From NCBI GenBank assembly GCA_013265495.1, contig MU058337.1:7112716-7176715 (forward strand): DNA of 64,000 nt, in the 5' to 3' direction. Source of the stretch: Vicugna vicugna. Its lineage: Eukaryota. The notes under the pieces were generated by a model that had not been told where the DNA came from, made no database searches, and saw only the letters and a program-made list of their open reading frames with translations. Position numbers and translations under genes: made by a program. Of this stretch, positions 37,791 through 49,730 are shown in pieces; positions within the stretch are counted from its first letter, which is position 1, and the number at the start of each line of letters is the position of its first letter.

Positions 37791-40200
37791 TAAGACCCCA
37801 TATGACATGTGTGGCTCCTCCTACTGCTTCCTCTTCTTCGCGTGTCACCTGAACACACAAAAGTCACCCGTTAGTGTACACAGCCTGTCCCACAAGACTG
37901 CAAGTTATACCAGAGGAAGGGCTTCTCATTTTTAATATGACTCATATAATAGATGCTCAGTAAATATTCTGAGCAAAAGAATTAATCCTCCTTAGTGTAA
38001 TTTTTTATGCACTGGGAGTAAAAATCTTTGTTTTCTCAGGTCCCCCTGAAAAAGACAGAAAAGAAGTTTCCGAAGGTTAGAGACGTTAACAGGCAACTTA
38101 AGAGTCAGAAGGTTTAAGACAAAATATTCGGAAGCCTTGCGCTTCCGTCTCTGAGCCCACAGCCCTCTCAGGGTGTGTCATGGGAAACGGAGCTTGTGGA
38201 CACGCAGTTCGTGCTCAGGACATCCAGGTGTGCAGGGCACGTGTGATGCATTACACACTGCCCAGTCTCTCCTCTTGTCCGGGCTGTAGCTCAGGGGCTT
38301 CTCACCTGCCTCTATCCACCCCCTTCCCCATGTCTGCCCCCATCTCCTTCCTGTGCTCCCGACCCCAGTTAAGTCCAAAAGTTTCACTAGAATTATCTAG
38401 TGAAACACAGTGAGTCATCACTCACTGACTCTAAGACACACATTTTCCCATTTAAACATCTCTGAAATCAGATGCCTCCTGGAGCCAGTGATAAGAAGGC
38501 CTTCTGTCATCCTTTCATCATAGTTGTTTTCTTTCTTAGTGATCCATGCAGCTTCTTGCAGTAGCTGGGAACAAAGATTTGGTGAAATCGGGGAGGAGGG
38601 GGCGACAGGCAGAGGTTTAGTCCCTCCAAGAACTGGTGCTCGACTCAGTTTCAATTCTACACTTGGGTTTTGGATATTCCGGAGTCACTCAATGAAAAAT
38701 AATAGTTAAAAACCTACGTAGCCTTAGTTAGACACCACACGTGGGACCCCCTACCCTCCACCCCGCCTCCACAACAGCCCGGACAGATCAATGTTCCTGT
38801 TTATAGAGAGAGATGAAACTGAGGGTTAGAGAGATCAGGTGACGAGGCCTTGCTTCTGTGCTCCCTGTCCAGCCAAATGTGCAGTCTGTCTGCCTTCTCC
38901 CTCTTACTTAAAAACATCTTCCTGGGGCTGAAAGGTATGCCTGGATCCCTCCTCAAGTCCTCCCACCTGCGGCCTCCCTCCCTCAGCCTGACAGACACAT
39001 CACTACAGCAAACAGTGCCTAGTTACCAGCTGTCCTGGGGTTACCAGCATCAGAGCCAACTCTGAGGACACACACAGCCGCAACTGTGTGCTTTGTTATA
39101 GAATACGGTGTGGGCTGCATCTTCGGTGGAAATGGAAGTGGCGGGTTGGTGCAGGATCAGGTGTCAGGATGAGAGGGATGAGAAGAAGCAGGCAGCAGGC
39201 AGCAGAGTCGTACCTGGCTGCAGAGGGCTTCTCACCCAGGGAGTGGGCATCCGCTGTGCCCTGTGGCTATTGGCCACTTACCTATATAACGTGCTGTACA
39301 GGCAGGTGCCATCCGTAGGTGCCCATGGCAGTCTTGGAAACAGATTCTCTAAGATGGTGGTGACATTACATATTCTCCTTGCATTGATGAGATTTTTTTT
39401 TTCATGTTCAGTACATCTTAACTTTCATACACTGCTGGGGAAAGTATTTCTGGAAGGCGATTCAGCCACGTGTATAAAGAGGGCCTAAAACTGTTTCCAT
39501 AGCCTTTAACCAAGAAATTCCAATTTCTAGGAATTTATACTAGAGAACTCATTGGCGAGACACAAATATACCTGTACTAGGGTGTTTACTGCAGTGTTGT
39601 TAAAATAGCCCCAAACAAGAAGCCAACCTAAAGGCCCAAATAAAAGAAAATAAATTAACCATGGTAACTTTACAGTCAAATACTTGCAGCCATTAAAAAT
39701 TCACTTTAAGACTATGTGGTGACATGGAAAAATGTCCATGACATAAGGTTGAGTGAAGAGGTTATAAAACAATGTGTATGATATGATCCAGTGTTGCTAA
39801 GTTCATTAATTTATGTGTGTAAAAGAAGTCTGTAAAGAAGTACAGTAAAATATGAACACCAGTTATCTCTAGATTTTTTTCCCTATGTACTTTTTCAGAA
39901 TTCTGCAATACACTTCATAGTGAAAAGGTATTGTTTCTACATTCAGAGAGGCGAAAAGCTCTCTAAAACAGAAATGTCCTCTTGATTTTGCTAACACGGG
40001 AGTAACCTGCCCACTTACACACAAAATAAGCAACAAAACTGAGATCCCAAATCTGGTCTGTCTGACTTCAGAGCTTGGGAGATTTCCAGTGTGTTTCTAG
40101 CAGTGATGTTAGGAAAGATTGGGACTGGGAGACTATAAAGAACTTGAACTGAACCATTGACCCTGAAACACCTTTTATACTTCATGAGAGCAAATAAAAC

Positions 40201-41222
40201 CAGAGCTGGCTTTACGGGCATGTAACCTGTGCAGTCACCCAAGGCCAAAGCTTAGAAGGGCCCTGTACTTTGTTTTACGCTCTGTTGTTGCTGCTGTCTA
40301 GAAATTCTCAGTGATTTTATCTTTGCATTTGTGTTTCGTAAGTGAGGTCCAATGGGACATTGGGAGCATGAGCATAAGCAGTGGAGATGTACCCACCCTC
40401 ATCGCCCGCCTCCATGCCTTGCTGACATGTATATGCCCGCGGGCCTATTGTGTTGACAGTGGCCCATGAACACCTGTGACCCTTGGACCCGTGATGCGTG
40501 GGAGTTCAGAGAGACCCAGAGTGGGTACAAGGTAAGGAGCCGTGTCTGTGAAAGTAAGCAGGGCAGGCGCTGGCAGCCCCAGAGGCCACACTTCCTATTC
40601 CAACCAGAATTTGTTCCCCGTGCAGAAAGAAGGCAGTGCATTCTGAGAAACACAACCAAGGGACTCTGTCACACCCTTTCTTATGCTTGTGTTAATCCCG
40701 TGTGTTAGGCAATAATTTATATGGAAAACAATGACATGGGAAGAAGAAGAAAGATAGGGAAACACATAGTTCCTTTTCCTTTCTGACCTCCTTACTCATC
40801 AGGACACCAAAGGTGGAGTGTTGGTAGAATGAGGAGGTGGCCAGGAATGAAAAAGAAACAATTGAGTTAGTTTCATGCAGTGTTTCTGCTGGTCTGGTAG
40901 AAACACCAGAACATAAAACATAAGCATATATGAAATTTGAAATATGAATTATGTAATTTTGAGGATTTTACATGTGAATTAAATGCATCTATATTTGCAT
41001 TTTAAACTGGTATCACATAATATAAAAATGGACGGTAAAATTCATGCTAGTAATTTTTTCTTTATTTAAAATGGTGTTAAATAGCAAATAGTATGACATA
41101 TCTAGAGGGAAAAAATGCTGAATGTTTCAGTACCTTTTGTCCTGCTTTTTGAACAAAGGGTCCTGCATTTTCACTTTGTGCCAAGTCCAATTCCACAAAA
41201 TATGTAGCTGTAGCTGGCCCTG
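40201..41222 (+). mobile_element. Near full-length MER45B-like hAT-Tip100 element
   Basis: TIRs CAGAGCTGGCT / AGCTGGCCCTG; degenerate 8-bp TSD AATAAAAC / AATGAAAT; ~1.02 kb. Confidence 0.82.
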
Positions 41223-41596
41223 AATGAAATACACACACACACGAATGTGTAAACAATGAGCTTTTGACAAAGAACTGTCCAGTTTACCAGTACATTTACA
41301 CTGTAAATATTTGGAGATTTGGAAATTTCAGTAACATTTCCAACTTCAAAGAAATACCAGACCCCAGTTCTCATCAGTTCTGCTCAATTCCACAGTCAGA
41401 CAACAGTGCACCTAGGATGGTTTTTCCTTGTCACTGACTGACTTTGAGACCAAGTCCACCATCCCAAGTGTGGCAACCCCAGACATGTTTCAATGAGGTG
41501 ACATCTCAGTTGCTGTATGTTCTACCAATGACCTTGCCCAGGAGAGGCAAAGGTCTTGGAGGCTGACCAGCAGAAGGAAAAAAATACATCAGTAGG

Positions 41597-42005
41597 TGAG
41601 GTAGGTTGAGTAATGGCCTCCCTAAATTAGGTCCTAATCCCTGGAGCTTGAGGATGTTAGTTATACAGAAACAGGCTCTTTGTGGATGTAAGTTAAGATG
41701 GGCCTGGTTTCCTGAGGTAAGTCCTAAATGTAGTCACACTTATCCTTGTAAAAGGGAGGCAAAGGGAGATTTGAGGAAACAGAGAAGAGAAGGCAATGTG
41801 AAGACAGAGGCAGAGATCGGAGTGATGCAGCCACAAGCCAGGGAACACGGGAGGCCACCAGAGTTAGAAGAGGAACGAAAGGTTTCTCCCCTGAAGCCCC
41901 AGGAGTGCAGACCCTGCTGCACTTTGATTTCAGACCCCTGGTCTCCATATCTGTGGGAGAACGATTGCTGTTGTTTAAACCACCAAATCTGTGGTAATTA
42001 ACTTA
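41597..42005 (+). mobile_element. MLT1C/D solo LTR
   Basis: AGGCAATGTGAAGACAGAGGCAGAGATCGGAGTGATGCAGCCACAAGCCAGGGAAC...TGTTGTTTAAACCACCAAATCTGTGGTAAT. Confidence 0.82.
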
Positions 42006-42814
42006 CTCCTTCAAACACACACACACACCCCCCAAAACCAAAACCAAACCTTGCATACATAGAGCCACATATATAGAAGAGTTAAAGGAAGAAGATTGAA
42101 AAACCCAACGAACAAGTCTTGTCTCCTCTCCTTCTGTCCCCAAAGTCCACGTAGCAGAACATGGGAGTCAAAATGTGGGTTTAAGTAGTCGTGCTGTTCT
42201 TGATAGCTTGTCATCACAAAGAAAAGCTTTGAATCAGTCACTGGAGCACATTGGTATTTTGGAAGGACATAGTTTTTATTAAGAACACGTTTTTATAAAT
42301 GTATATTGGAGATAATTTTGAGACTGTGGGACTTCCATGATCATTAGAAAGAAATGTGTATAGTGAACCTTGGAGCAAAATAACGCTATCGTGTTACTCA
42401 TTTACAACCTTGCTTCTGCTAAACTTGCTCTCTTCGGTGCACGCGGTTTTCTCCCTGCCTGGTACATGGATTTGTGCCTCAGGGAAGCTGATTCACCCTG
42501 CAACGGGGAGCGCTCTGTACTCTTGTTAAGTTTGTGCTGTTCACCCTGTGTTTTCTTTTTCTCAAGAAATAAATTTACACAGTATAGTCTGATCAGAGAT
42601 TAGAGAACAATACTGAGTAGAGAAGGTCTTTATAGATTCTTGAATTTAATATGAATAAGAGATTTTACAGCGTTAGAAACTGAAAACATAAAAGAAACAG
42701 AAAAACCTGTGATCTTAAGATAATCTGATATGTAAAAATTACGTTATTGGTGTTTAGAATGCTATGCTTGCCAATTAGATTCCTCCTCCATTCCCCCCAC
42801 TGCCCCTTTCCTCT

Positions 42815-43620
42815 TGTAGATGATCTAAAATTTATATGTATATACAGAAGGCTTAGGATAGTCAAAACAATCTTGAAAATGAAGCACATAATTGGACGAT
42901 TTACACTACCAGATTTCAAAACTTACTGCAAAGCTACTATGTAATCAAGGGAGTGTGGTATTAGCTTAAGAACAGAGATAGAGGTCAATGGAACAGAAGA
43001 GAAAGTTCAGAAATAACCCCTTATATTTATGATCAATTGATTTTGGACAGTTTCCACGACAATTCAGTGGGGACAAGAAGGATCTTTTCAACGGTTGGGA
43101 CAATTGGATATCCATATGCAGAAAATAAACTTTGACCTTTACCTCACACCAGATGCTAAAATTAACTCAAAATGGATTATTTGACCTTCATGGAAGAACT
43201 GTACAAAACTTATAGAAGAAAAAATAATAGCAAGTTTTGGTGATCTTGAAAAAGGAAAAGGATAAGAATATGTCTGAATAGCTCAGGATAGCTATGACAA
43301 CAGAAGCACAATCTGTAAAAAAAAAAAAATCTGATAAACTGACTTCATCAAAACTCAAAACTTTTACATTTCAAAAGATACCATTAAGAGAATTAAAAGA
43401 CAAACAATGGACTTGGGAGAAATAACTGCAGGTCGTATTTCTAATAAAGGACTTATATTCAGAATATATGAAGAACTCTTACAACAGTAATAACAAGACC
43501 AACACTCAACTTTTAAATGGGCAAAAGATTTGAATAGACATTTCCTCAAAAGAGATATACAAATGGCTATTAAGTACATGCTCAATATTACTAGTCATTA
43601 GAAAAATGCAAGTTAAAACT
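42815..43620 (+). mobile_element. Old L1 ORF2 3' fragment
   Basis: ACACTACCAGATTTCAAAACTTACTGCAAAGCTAC (TLPDFKTY.KA)...AAATGGGCAAAAGATTTGAATAGACATTTC. Confidence 0.82.
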
Positions 43621-43665
43621 CCACCCACACACCCCTTAAGTGAAACCTGCCTGTCACCCCCTTCA

Positions 43666-43866
43666 CCAGTGATGTGTTGGCAAATATTAACATTGACTCT
43701 CGGTCGGGAACACAGCCTTGTCCAGTAACATTTGCCAGGTGTTTCCTTGGTGTAAATACTCCCACCATGGCTGATACCAAGTCACCCACGTGTGGTCTGA
43801 AGATGGCATCGGGGAAAGATGTTTACAGTTGGCTCCTGAATCAGGGTGAGCTGCAGGGCACCAGTG
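43666..43866 (-). mobile_element. MER63A-like hAT-Blackjack MITE
   Basis: CCAGTGATGTGTTGG end and GGTGTAAATACTCCCACCATGGC core. Confidence 0.7.
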
Positions 43867-46171
43867 CTCCCAACACACCAGAGCTGCCACCACCAGCCTC
43901 GCCGTTCAGAGGAAGGGCCAACTGGTCTATCTGCCCAACCACAGGGGAAACCATGCCAGCTGCCTAGAAAATTCTACACATTCCTTCATGCTTTAAAGGG
44001 ACAAATAAAGAAGGCTCACCAAACATAGGAGAAATCCAACAACTTAAAAGAGACGGGCCCTGGATGAATGAACAAGACCCGGAGGAGAGCTGAGATGACT
44101 TAGGGTCAAGAAGGGGATTTTCTGTTCCAAAATTTCAATTTGGATCCTCAGAGAGATTCAAGGAGATATTCCATCTTAAATTAAGAAAGAGCTCTTAGAA
44201 ATTAAAAATGTTTTTCACGAAATTAAAATTCAAGACATGAAAAAATGTTTGAATCTTCTATAATGCTGAGACAATGTGACATAAAAGAAAAGAGAGAGAA
44301 ACAGGTTTTGAGAAAAGAAGAACCAAGGAAATTATATAAGACCTGACAGAAAATTTCCCAGAGCTCAAGATGCCTCCCAATTACAAAGACTCAGGAAAAT
44401 GAATGATTGAAAAAAAACCCCACATCTATCTACATTCCCATGAGAACAGTGAAAATATAATTGACTAATTGCTTATGAGCAAATCAGACATCAAAAGTAT
44501 ATGTTTATTCACAGTAAATTCCCAAGACTCCATTATCTATATTATTTTAAATTTGTAGTAATTCACTAAAGCAGGTGATTAGATAAATGCATGTCATTAG
44601 ACAAATTCTGGGGTTTGTGTAATTAAACATGAAGTGAATAAATGGGACATTTGTGTCTGTATTTCTTCTATCAGATGATAAATACATTGTACTATTATTG
44701 GCACAGAAATCAATACTGCATAAGGCATAACCATTTTTATGTCTGGCAATTTGAGATCATTTCTGAAAGCAACTACTAATGAGGTTTTTTTTTAAATTAA
44801 AAAATAAGAGCAGTAAAGAGAGTGCACTGGAAATTACAAGGATCTCTGTGTCCCTTTTATTTTGATGTATGTCCCAGGGATTTCATATTAATTAATTGGA
44901 AATTTTTCCAAAATACATTTTTCTAACTTTTTGAAGCAGTGACATTCCAGATAATGAAAAGCTTCCAGCATCTACTGCTGATCTAGGTGGATAATGTTTA
45001 CAATTCCTTGTATCACTGTCATGCGAAACTCTTTGTAGTTTCTTGGTGCCTAAGAAGGTCAACTGTATTTGAGAATGACAAATACGGTCTTTAATTATGT
45101 TTGCTGGTCTCTCAACATAATGGAGGTGAAGAATTATTTGATGGCTTTTATTTCTTACCTCCCCAAAAAGTGATACAATTTTTAATATCAGAAATGGTTT
45201 TTTGGTTGGTTTTATTCTTAACTTAAGTAAAACAGTGGTGTGCCCCTTGGGTGATGACAGAGCTTAAACTGTTCAGTGTCCCCTAAGATGGGGACCCCCT
45301 GTTTTCTCTCTTTGCTGGTCCACCTGAGAGTACCAGGTTTGGGTCACGCATCCTTGTTTTCCCCAGCTCTGCTCACATCCCTATTTCCCATAACTTTTGG
45401 TTCAGTGGCTGGTAAACCAGGCCATGTTGTGTGGATGAAAGAGGAACCACAACTCAGGGGCACCTCGGCTGCTTCACCCACTGTCGTGTGTAGGGTGTGG
45501 CCCATGTGATCGAAGTTCCTAAATACTGGGAAGAGACTCATGCATCTAACAATTTCTTCTCGTCTCTCAGTTTCATAACTAGACTTTGTTTTGTTTAAAT
45601 AAGTGGCTCCCCCCTACCTTCTGTTAATATGCAGATAGTCTAAGAAAAAAATAACACTTTAAGGCTTGTTTGGCATTTACTTCATCGTGAGTTATCAGAC
45701 TCCTTCCTGAGAGTAGATTTTGATGGAGGGAGAGAATGTGAAGACTTTGACAGCTAAGGAACTGGAGGCATTTGTGGATGGAAAACAACTCAGAAAGCTC
45801 AGGCTATTCACAGGGAATCAACATTTCATAGATGATCCTAAAATAGATGTTTTGTTCAAAGTATAACAATCTGTCCATTCTTTATCCTTCATCTGTAAAT
45901 CTGGGACACTGCCTTCTCCATCCCCATGACCTCTTCTCCCCACAGCTTCCACCTCCCTGAACCCCCACCCCAGTAAAGACATAACCCATCAGTAACTCTG
46001 CTAACACCAATGACACACTCTCAGTACAGTTTGGGGAACTCTAAAGAAAATAGGTTGAAGAAATACTTCAAGTGCTTCCACTAATACTAAAATATAGTAA
46101 ACATGTTAATATTTGTATGTAAATACATAAAACATATGTAAAGATATGTTAAAATATTAAAAATAAGTAGC

Positions 46172-46908
46172 ATCACTTCACATCCACCAGGATGACTCTA
46201 ATCGAAAAGACATAATAAGTTTTCGTGAGAATGTGGAGAAATTGATACACTGCTGATAGGAATGGAAAGTGGTGCAGCTGTTTTGGAAAAGTTTGGCATT
46301 TCCTCAAATGATTATATATAGAGTTACTACATGACCAAGTGATTCCACTCTGAGGTATATACAAAAAGGAAAGAAAAAGAAATGGAAGGAAGGAAGGAAG
46401 GAAAGAAAAAGAAAAACATGTTCACACAAAAACTTGTACACAAATGTTCATAGCAGCATTATTCATAATTGAAAAAAAGTGGAAAGAATCCAAATGTGCA
46501 TCAGATGATGAATGGATAAACAAACTGTGGTTTATCCATATGATGGAATATTATTTGGCCTTTAAAAAGGAAGAGAATTCTGACACATGCTACAGTGTGA
46601 ATGAACTTTGTAAACATTATGCTAAGTGAACCAAGTCAGGCACAAAGGACATATTGTGTGATTCCAACTGTAAGAAATGTCCAGATTAGACAAATTGATA
46701 GAAATGGAAGGTGAGTAGTGGTCACCTAGGACTGTGGGAGGAGGGGGACTGCTAATGGATCTGGAGGTTCTATTCAGGATGTTAGAAATCTTCTAAAATT
46801 GATGGTGATGATGGCTGCCCAACTTTGTCAATATATTAAAAACTATTGAATTGTACACTTTATGGATGAATTATATGGTATGTGAATTATATCTCAATAA
46901 AGCTGTTA
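46172..46908 (+). mobile_element. L1MB-type 3' portion containing a (GGAA)n tract (~46384-46404)
   Basis: ACACAAAAACTTGTACACAAATGTTCATAGCAGCATTATTCATAAT...TGAATTATATCTCAATAAAGCTGTT. Confidence 0.85.
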
Positions 46909-47151
46909 CAGAGAGAGAGAGAGTACTATGACCTCCTGGGACAGAATCTCTCCATACACCATGTTGAAGAATTTGGAAAATTTAATTCCTTCTGGATCCC
47001 AGCCCCACCCCACCATCGCCCCTACAGTACCCCCAAGATTCCAGAGAATCCTGTTAATCCAGGTGATATTTAACTCCTACCTTCAAAAACTTGGACTGAT
47101 GATATTATGACCTTCATCTTGCAAGGTTTTTCTTTAAAAAAAAAAATTCTT

Positions 47152-47493
47152 GGGGGGTAGGTGCCAAGATGGCAGAGTAGAGAGACTCACAGCTCGCCCT
47201 TTCCCACAAATACACCAAGAGTTACATCTACAAACCCACTGAATCACACAGCACACCTACTGAACTCTGGCAGAGTGTCTCTCGCTTCAAAATACAGTAG
47301 GATTCTCACAAAATCTGATAAACAAGTTCATACTGTATAGCACAGGGAACTATATTGAATATCTTGTAATAACTTACAGTGAAAAAGAATATGAAAATGA
47401 ATATATGTATGTTCATGTATGACTGAAGCATTATGCTGTACACGAGAAACTGACACATTGTAAACTGACTATACTTCAATAAAAATGTATCTT
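47152..47493 (+). mobile_element. Bipartite L1-derived retroelement: L1 5'UTR head (47152-47317) fused to L1 3' tail (47318-47493)
   Basis: GGGGGG...CCAAGATGGCAGAGTAG head; tail ATAAACAAG...GTATAGCACAGGGAACTAT...CTTCAATAAAAA; TSD AAAAAATTCTT at 47141-47151 and 47494-47504. Confidence 0.8.
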
Positions 47494-47626
47494 AAAAAAT
47501 TCTTAGAGTGGGTACATCTTATGAACTATTTACATATACACACACATCTATACTCACACACATGTATTTTTTAACGTGGTAAGAAACTGATTCACCTCAT
47601 TCTAAGAGTGAGCACTTTGGTTACAT

Positions 47627-47760
47627 AACAAATATTTGTTGAGCATTTACTAAGTGCCAGACATCGTACTTGTAGCTAGGGACACAAGAGAAAACAAGAA
47701 AACATGAGTATTTGTGATAATGATTCAGATCACAAGTAATTACCTTCTGGCAGTGATAAG
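47627..47760 (-). mobile_element. L2 3' end
   Basis: AACAAATATTTGTTGAGCATTTACTAAGTGCCAGACA. Confidence 0.65.
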
Positions 47761-48842
47761 AATCTGTCCCTCTCAGTAAACCTAATACCATAATCGGCTT
47801 CTACTTTGGAACCTTTGTGAAGAAAATGAACCTCTTTGTAGAGGGGCAAATCTCTCATCTGATAAGAGAGAAAAATGAGACCCAGCAAGGGAAGGTGACT
47901 CACCCAAGGTCACACAGGGTAACACCATTGGACCAACAACCCTCTCAAATCCACCACCAGGCTGTTGAATCCACATGAATGTATGGCTCCCTGACCCACA
48001 GAAGATGCTCATAAAACATTCTGTTGTTGTCATTGGCTTTTCTTTCTAATTAATATCAGGAACAGCCTGAGTCCACTAGGACTTGCCAAAAGCTCGTGTT
48101 TCCCCAGCTCCTCCCCGCTCTCTCCAGGCTGTGCCCTCACAACCAAGACCCCACACCCTGAACTGTGGGCCCATCAATCCCCTGCTTTAAGAAAGAGTTT
48201 GATCAGATATAGATACATCTGGCTGAAGCCATTTAGGGACTTTCTAAAGGGAGGCACTTTGAAGAAGTGACCTTGACACAGCATAAATCTGTGTGCCATC
48301 TAATGTGCGGGGCCCCTCATAGACCCTGCTTGGTTCTTCTCCAATGCCTTTTTTTGAAGTTGTACCTGATTTTATTACAATTTTCATTCAAATCCAATGG
48401 GGAATGGAATGATCCTACTTTTGTTTCTTGGCCAGGAATCGCTTGGTCCTGAAAGTCTTGTGAGAAAACACCAGGAGAAGCAAATTCAACCTTGGGGAAG
48501 AGAGAAGATGGTAAGTTTTATGTTACGTGTATTTTATCATGATTTTAAGAAAAGACAATAGAAATGTGCCTTCATTTCCCTTTTTAATATTCCTTTCAGT
48601 GTTAGCAGAGCACAAAACCCCTCCTCAAGTCAGACAAGGAAACAGAAAAATGATATGAAGCTCATTGCTGTATTGTTATTTTTGTTTTTGTTATTCTTAA
48701 AGAAAAGAAGTGTAGAATCCTCTAGAAATGCTTTCCACCCTCACCCTCCAGGTAAAGCCGCAGGTACACGCATGAGCACGCATAAAACCGACCAACCCCC
48801 CACCTGCTTTTCTCCCCTGCACAGAAGTAGCACATTCCTACC

Positions 48843-49025
48843 ACAGTGCTTTCCAAAGCCAGATTCTGAGCAGCAGCATCAACCTCACCTTAGAACTTGT
48901 TAGAAATGCAGATTCTCGGGACCAACCCTGACCTACTGAGTCAGCAAATCCCCGTGAGGCCGCGACCCTGAATTTCGTACGTCCAACAGTTGGCTCAATG
49001 ATGCACGTTCACGCTGGAGCGTGCC
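48843..49025 (+). mobile_element. MER5A at the upstream edge of the SLC15A1 CpG island
   Basis: CAGCAGCATCAACCTCACCTTAGAACTTGTTAGAAATGCAGATTCTCGGG...GACCTACTGA. Confidence 0.78.
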
Positions 49026-49730
49026 CGGCCCAGGCCCCCGCTGTCACCCAAGCTGTGCCTCTGGCCGTCCTCCGAGGGCCAGGGCGGGATAGCTGAGTCC
49101 AGGTGCGGCTGCCACGGACAGGTGCCCCCCTGCTGAAGCTTCAAGGGGCGCTGACCTCTGCCCCCTGCTGTTCCACCAACTCCAAGGGTGGAGCCCGGCC
49201 GCCCCGCCTGCACACTTCCAGCTGCACAGGTGGCAGGGCAGGGCCTGGAAACCAAGTCATAGGAAGCAACACCTTAGCAAGAAGTCTTCCCATCTGAACT
49301 TAATCGCCAGTCGCAGGGAGCTCTCGGAGCAGCCACCATGGGTAGGCGCGCGGGGCCGGGCTAGGGTCACGGGAGCAGAGGGGAGCCGGGCGCAGAGGCG
49401 GTGCGGTCAGAGGGCGCTGCAGAGGGGGCGCCGCGGGGGCCGGGCCGGCCTGCCACGCGGGTCCCTGCGGTCGCCGGCGGCTCGTGAACCTGGGCGCGGA
49501 GCGCGGGGGTTGGGGGGTGGATGCAAGGGCTGGCACCGCGGACTGGCGCCAGGGTGCGCGGCAGGGACACATCGCCGCGACGGGAAGCGAACTGGGGGTC
49601 TGCGGAGCCGGGGCTCACAGGCTCCGCGCAGATTTGCAGCGCGGGTGGTCTCCCCGCCCGGCCCCGCCCCCAGCCCAGACTCCGGTTGTAAGAATGAACG
49701 GAACGCGGTAACTTTGACCTGCCCGCCTGT
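48950..49730. promoter_or_regulatory. SLC15A1: CpG island / promoter of SLC15A1
   Basis: Sharp rise in GC and CpG density; GC boxes at 49201-49208 and 49652-49670; surrounds exon 1. Confidence 0.88.
49338..49341 (+). CDS. SLC15A1: SLC15A1 (PEPT1) exon 1 coding part, ATG G
   Basis: Perfect Kozak GCCACCATGG directly followed by GTaggc donor; same 4-nt coding exon 1 as recalled for human SLC15A1; DOCK9-SLC15A1 synteny. Confidence 0.88.
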
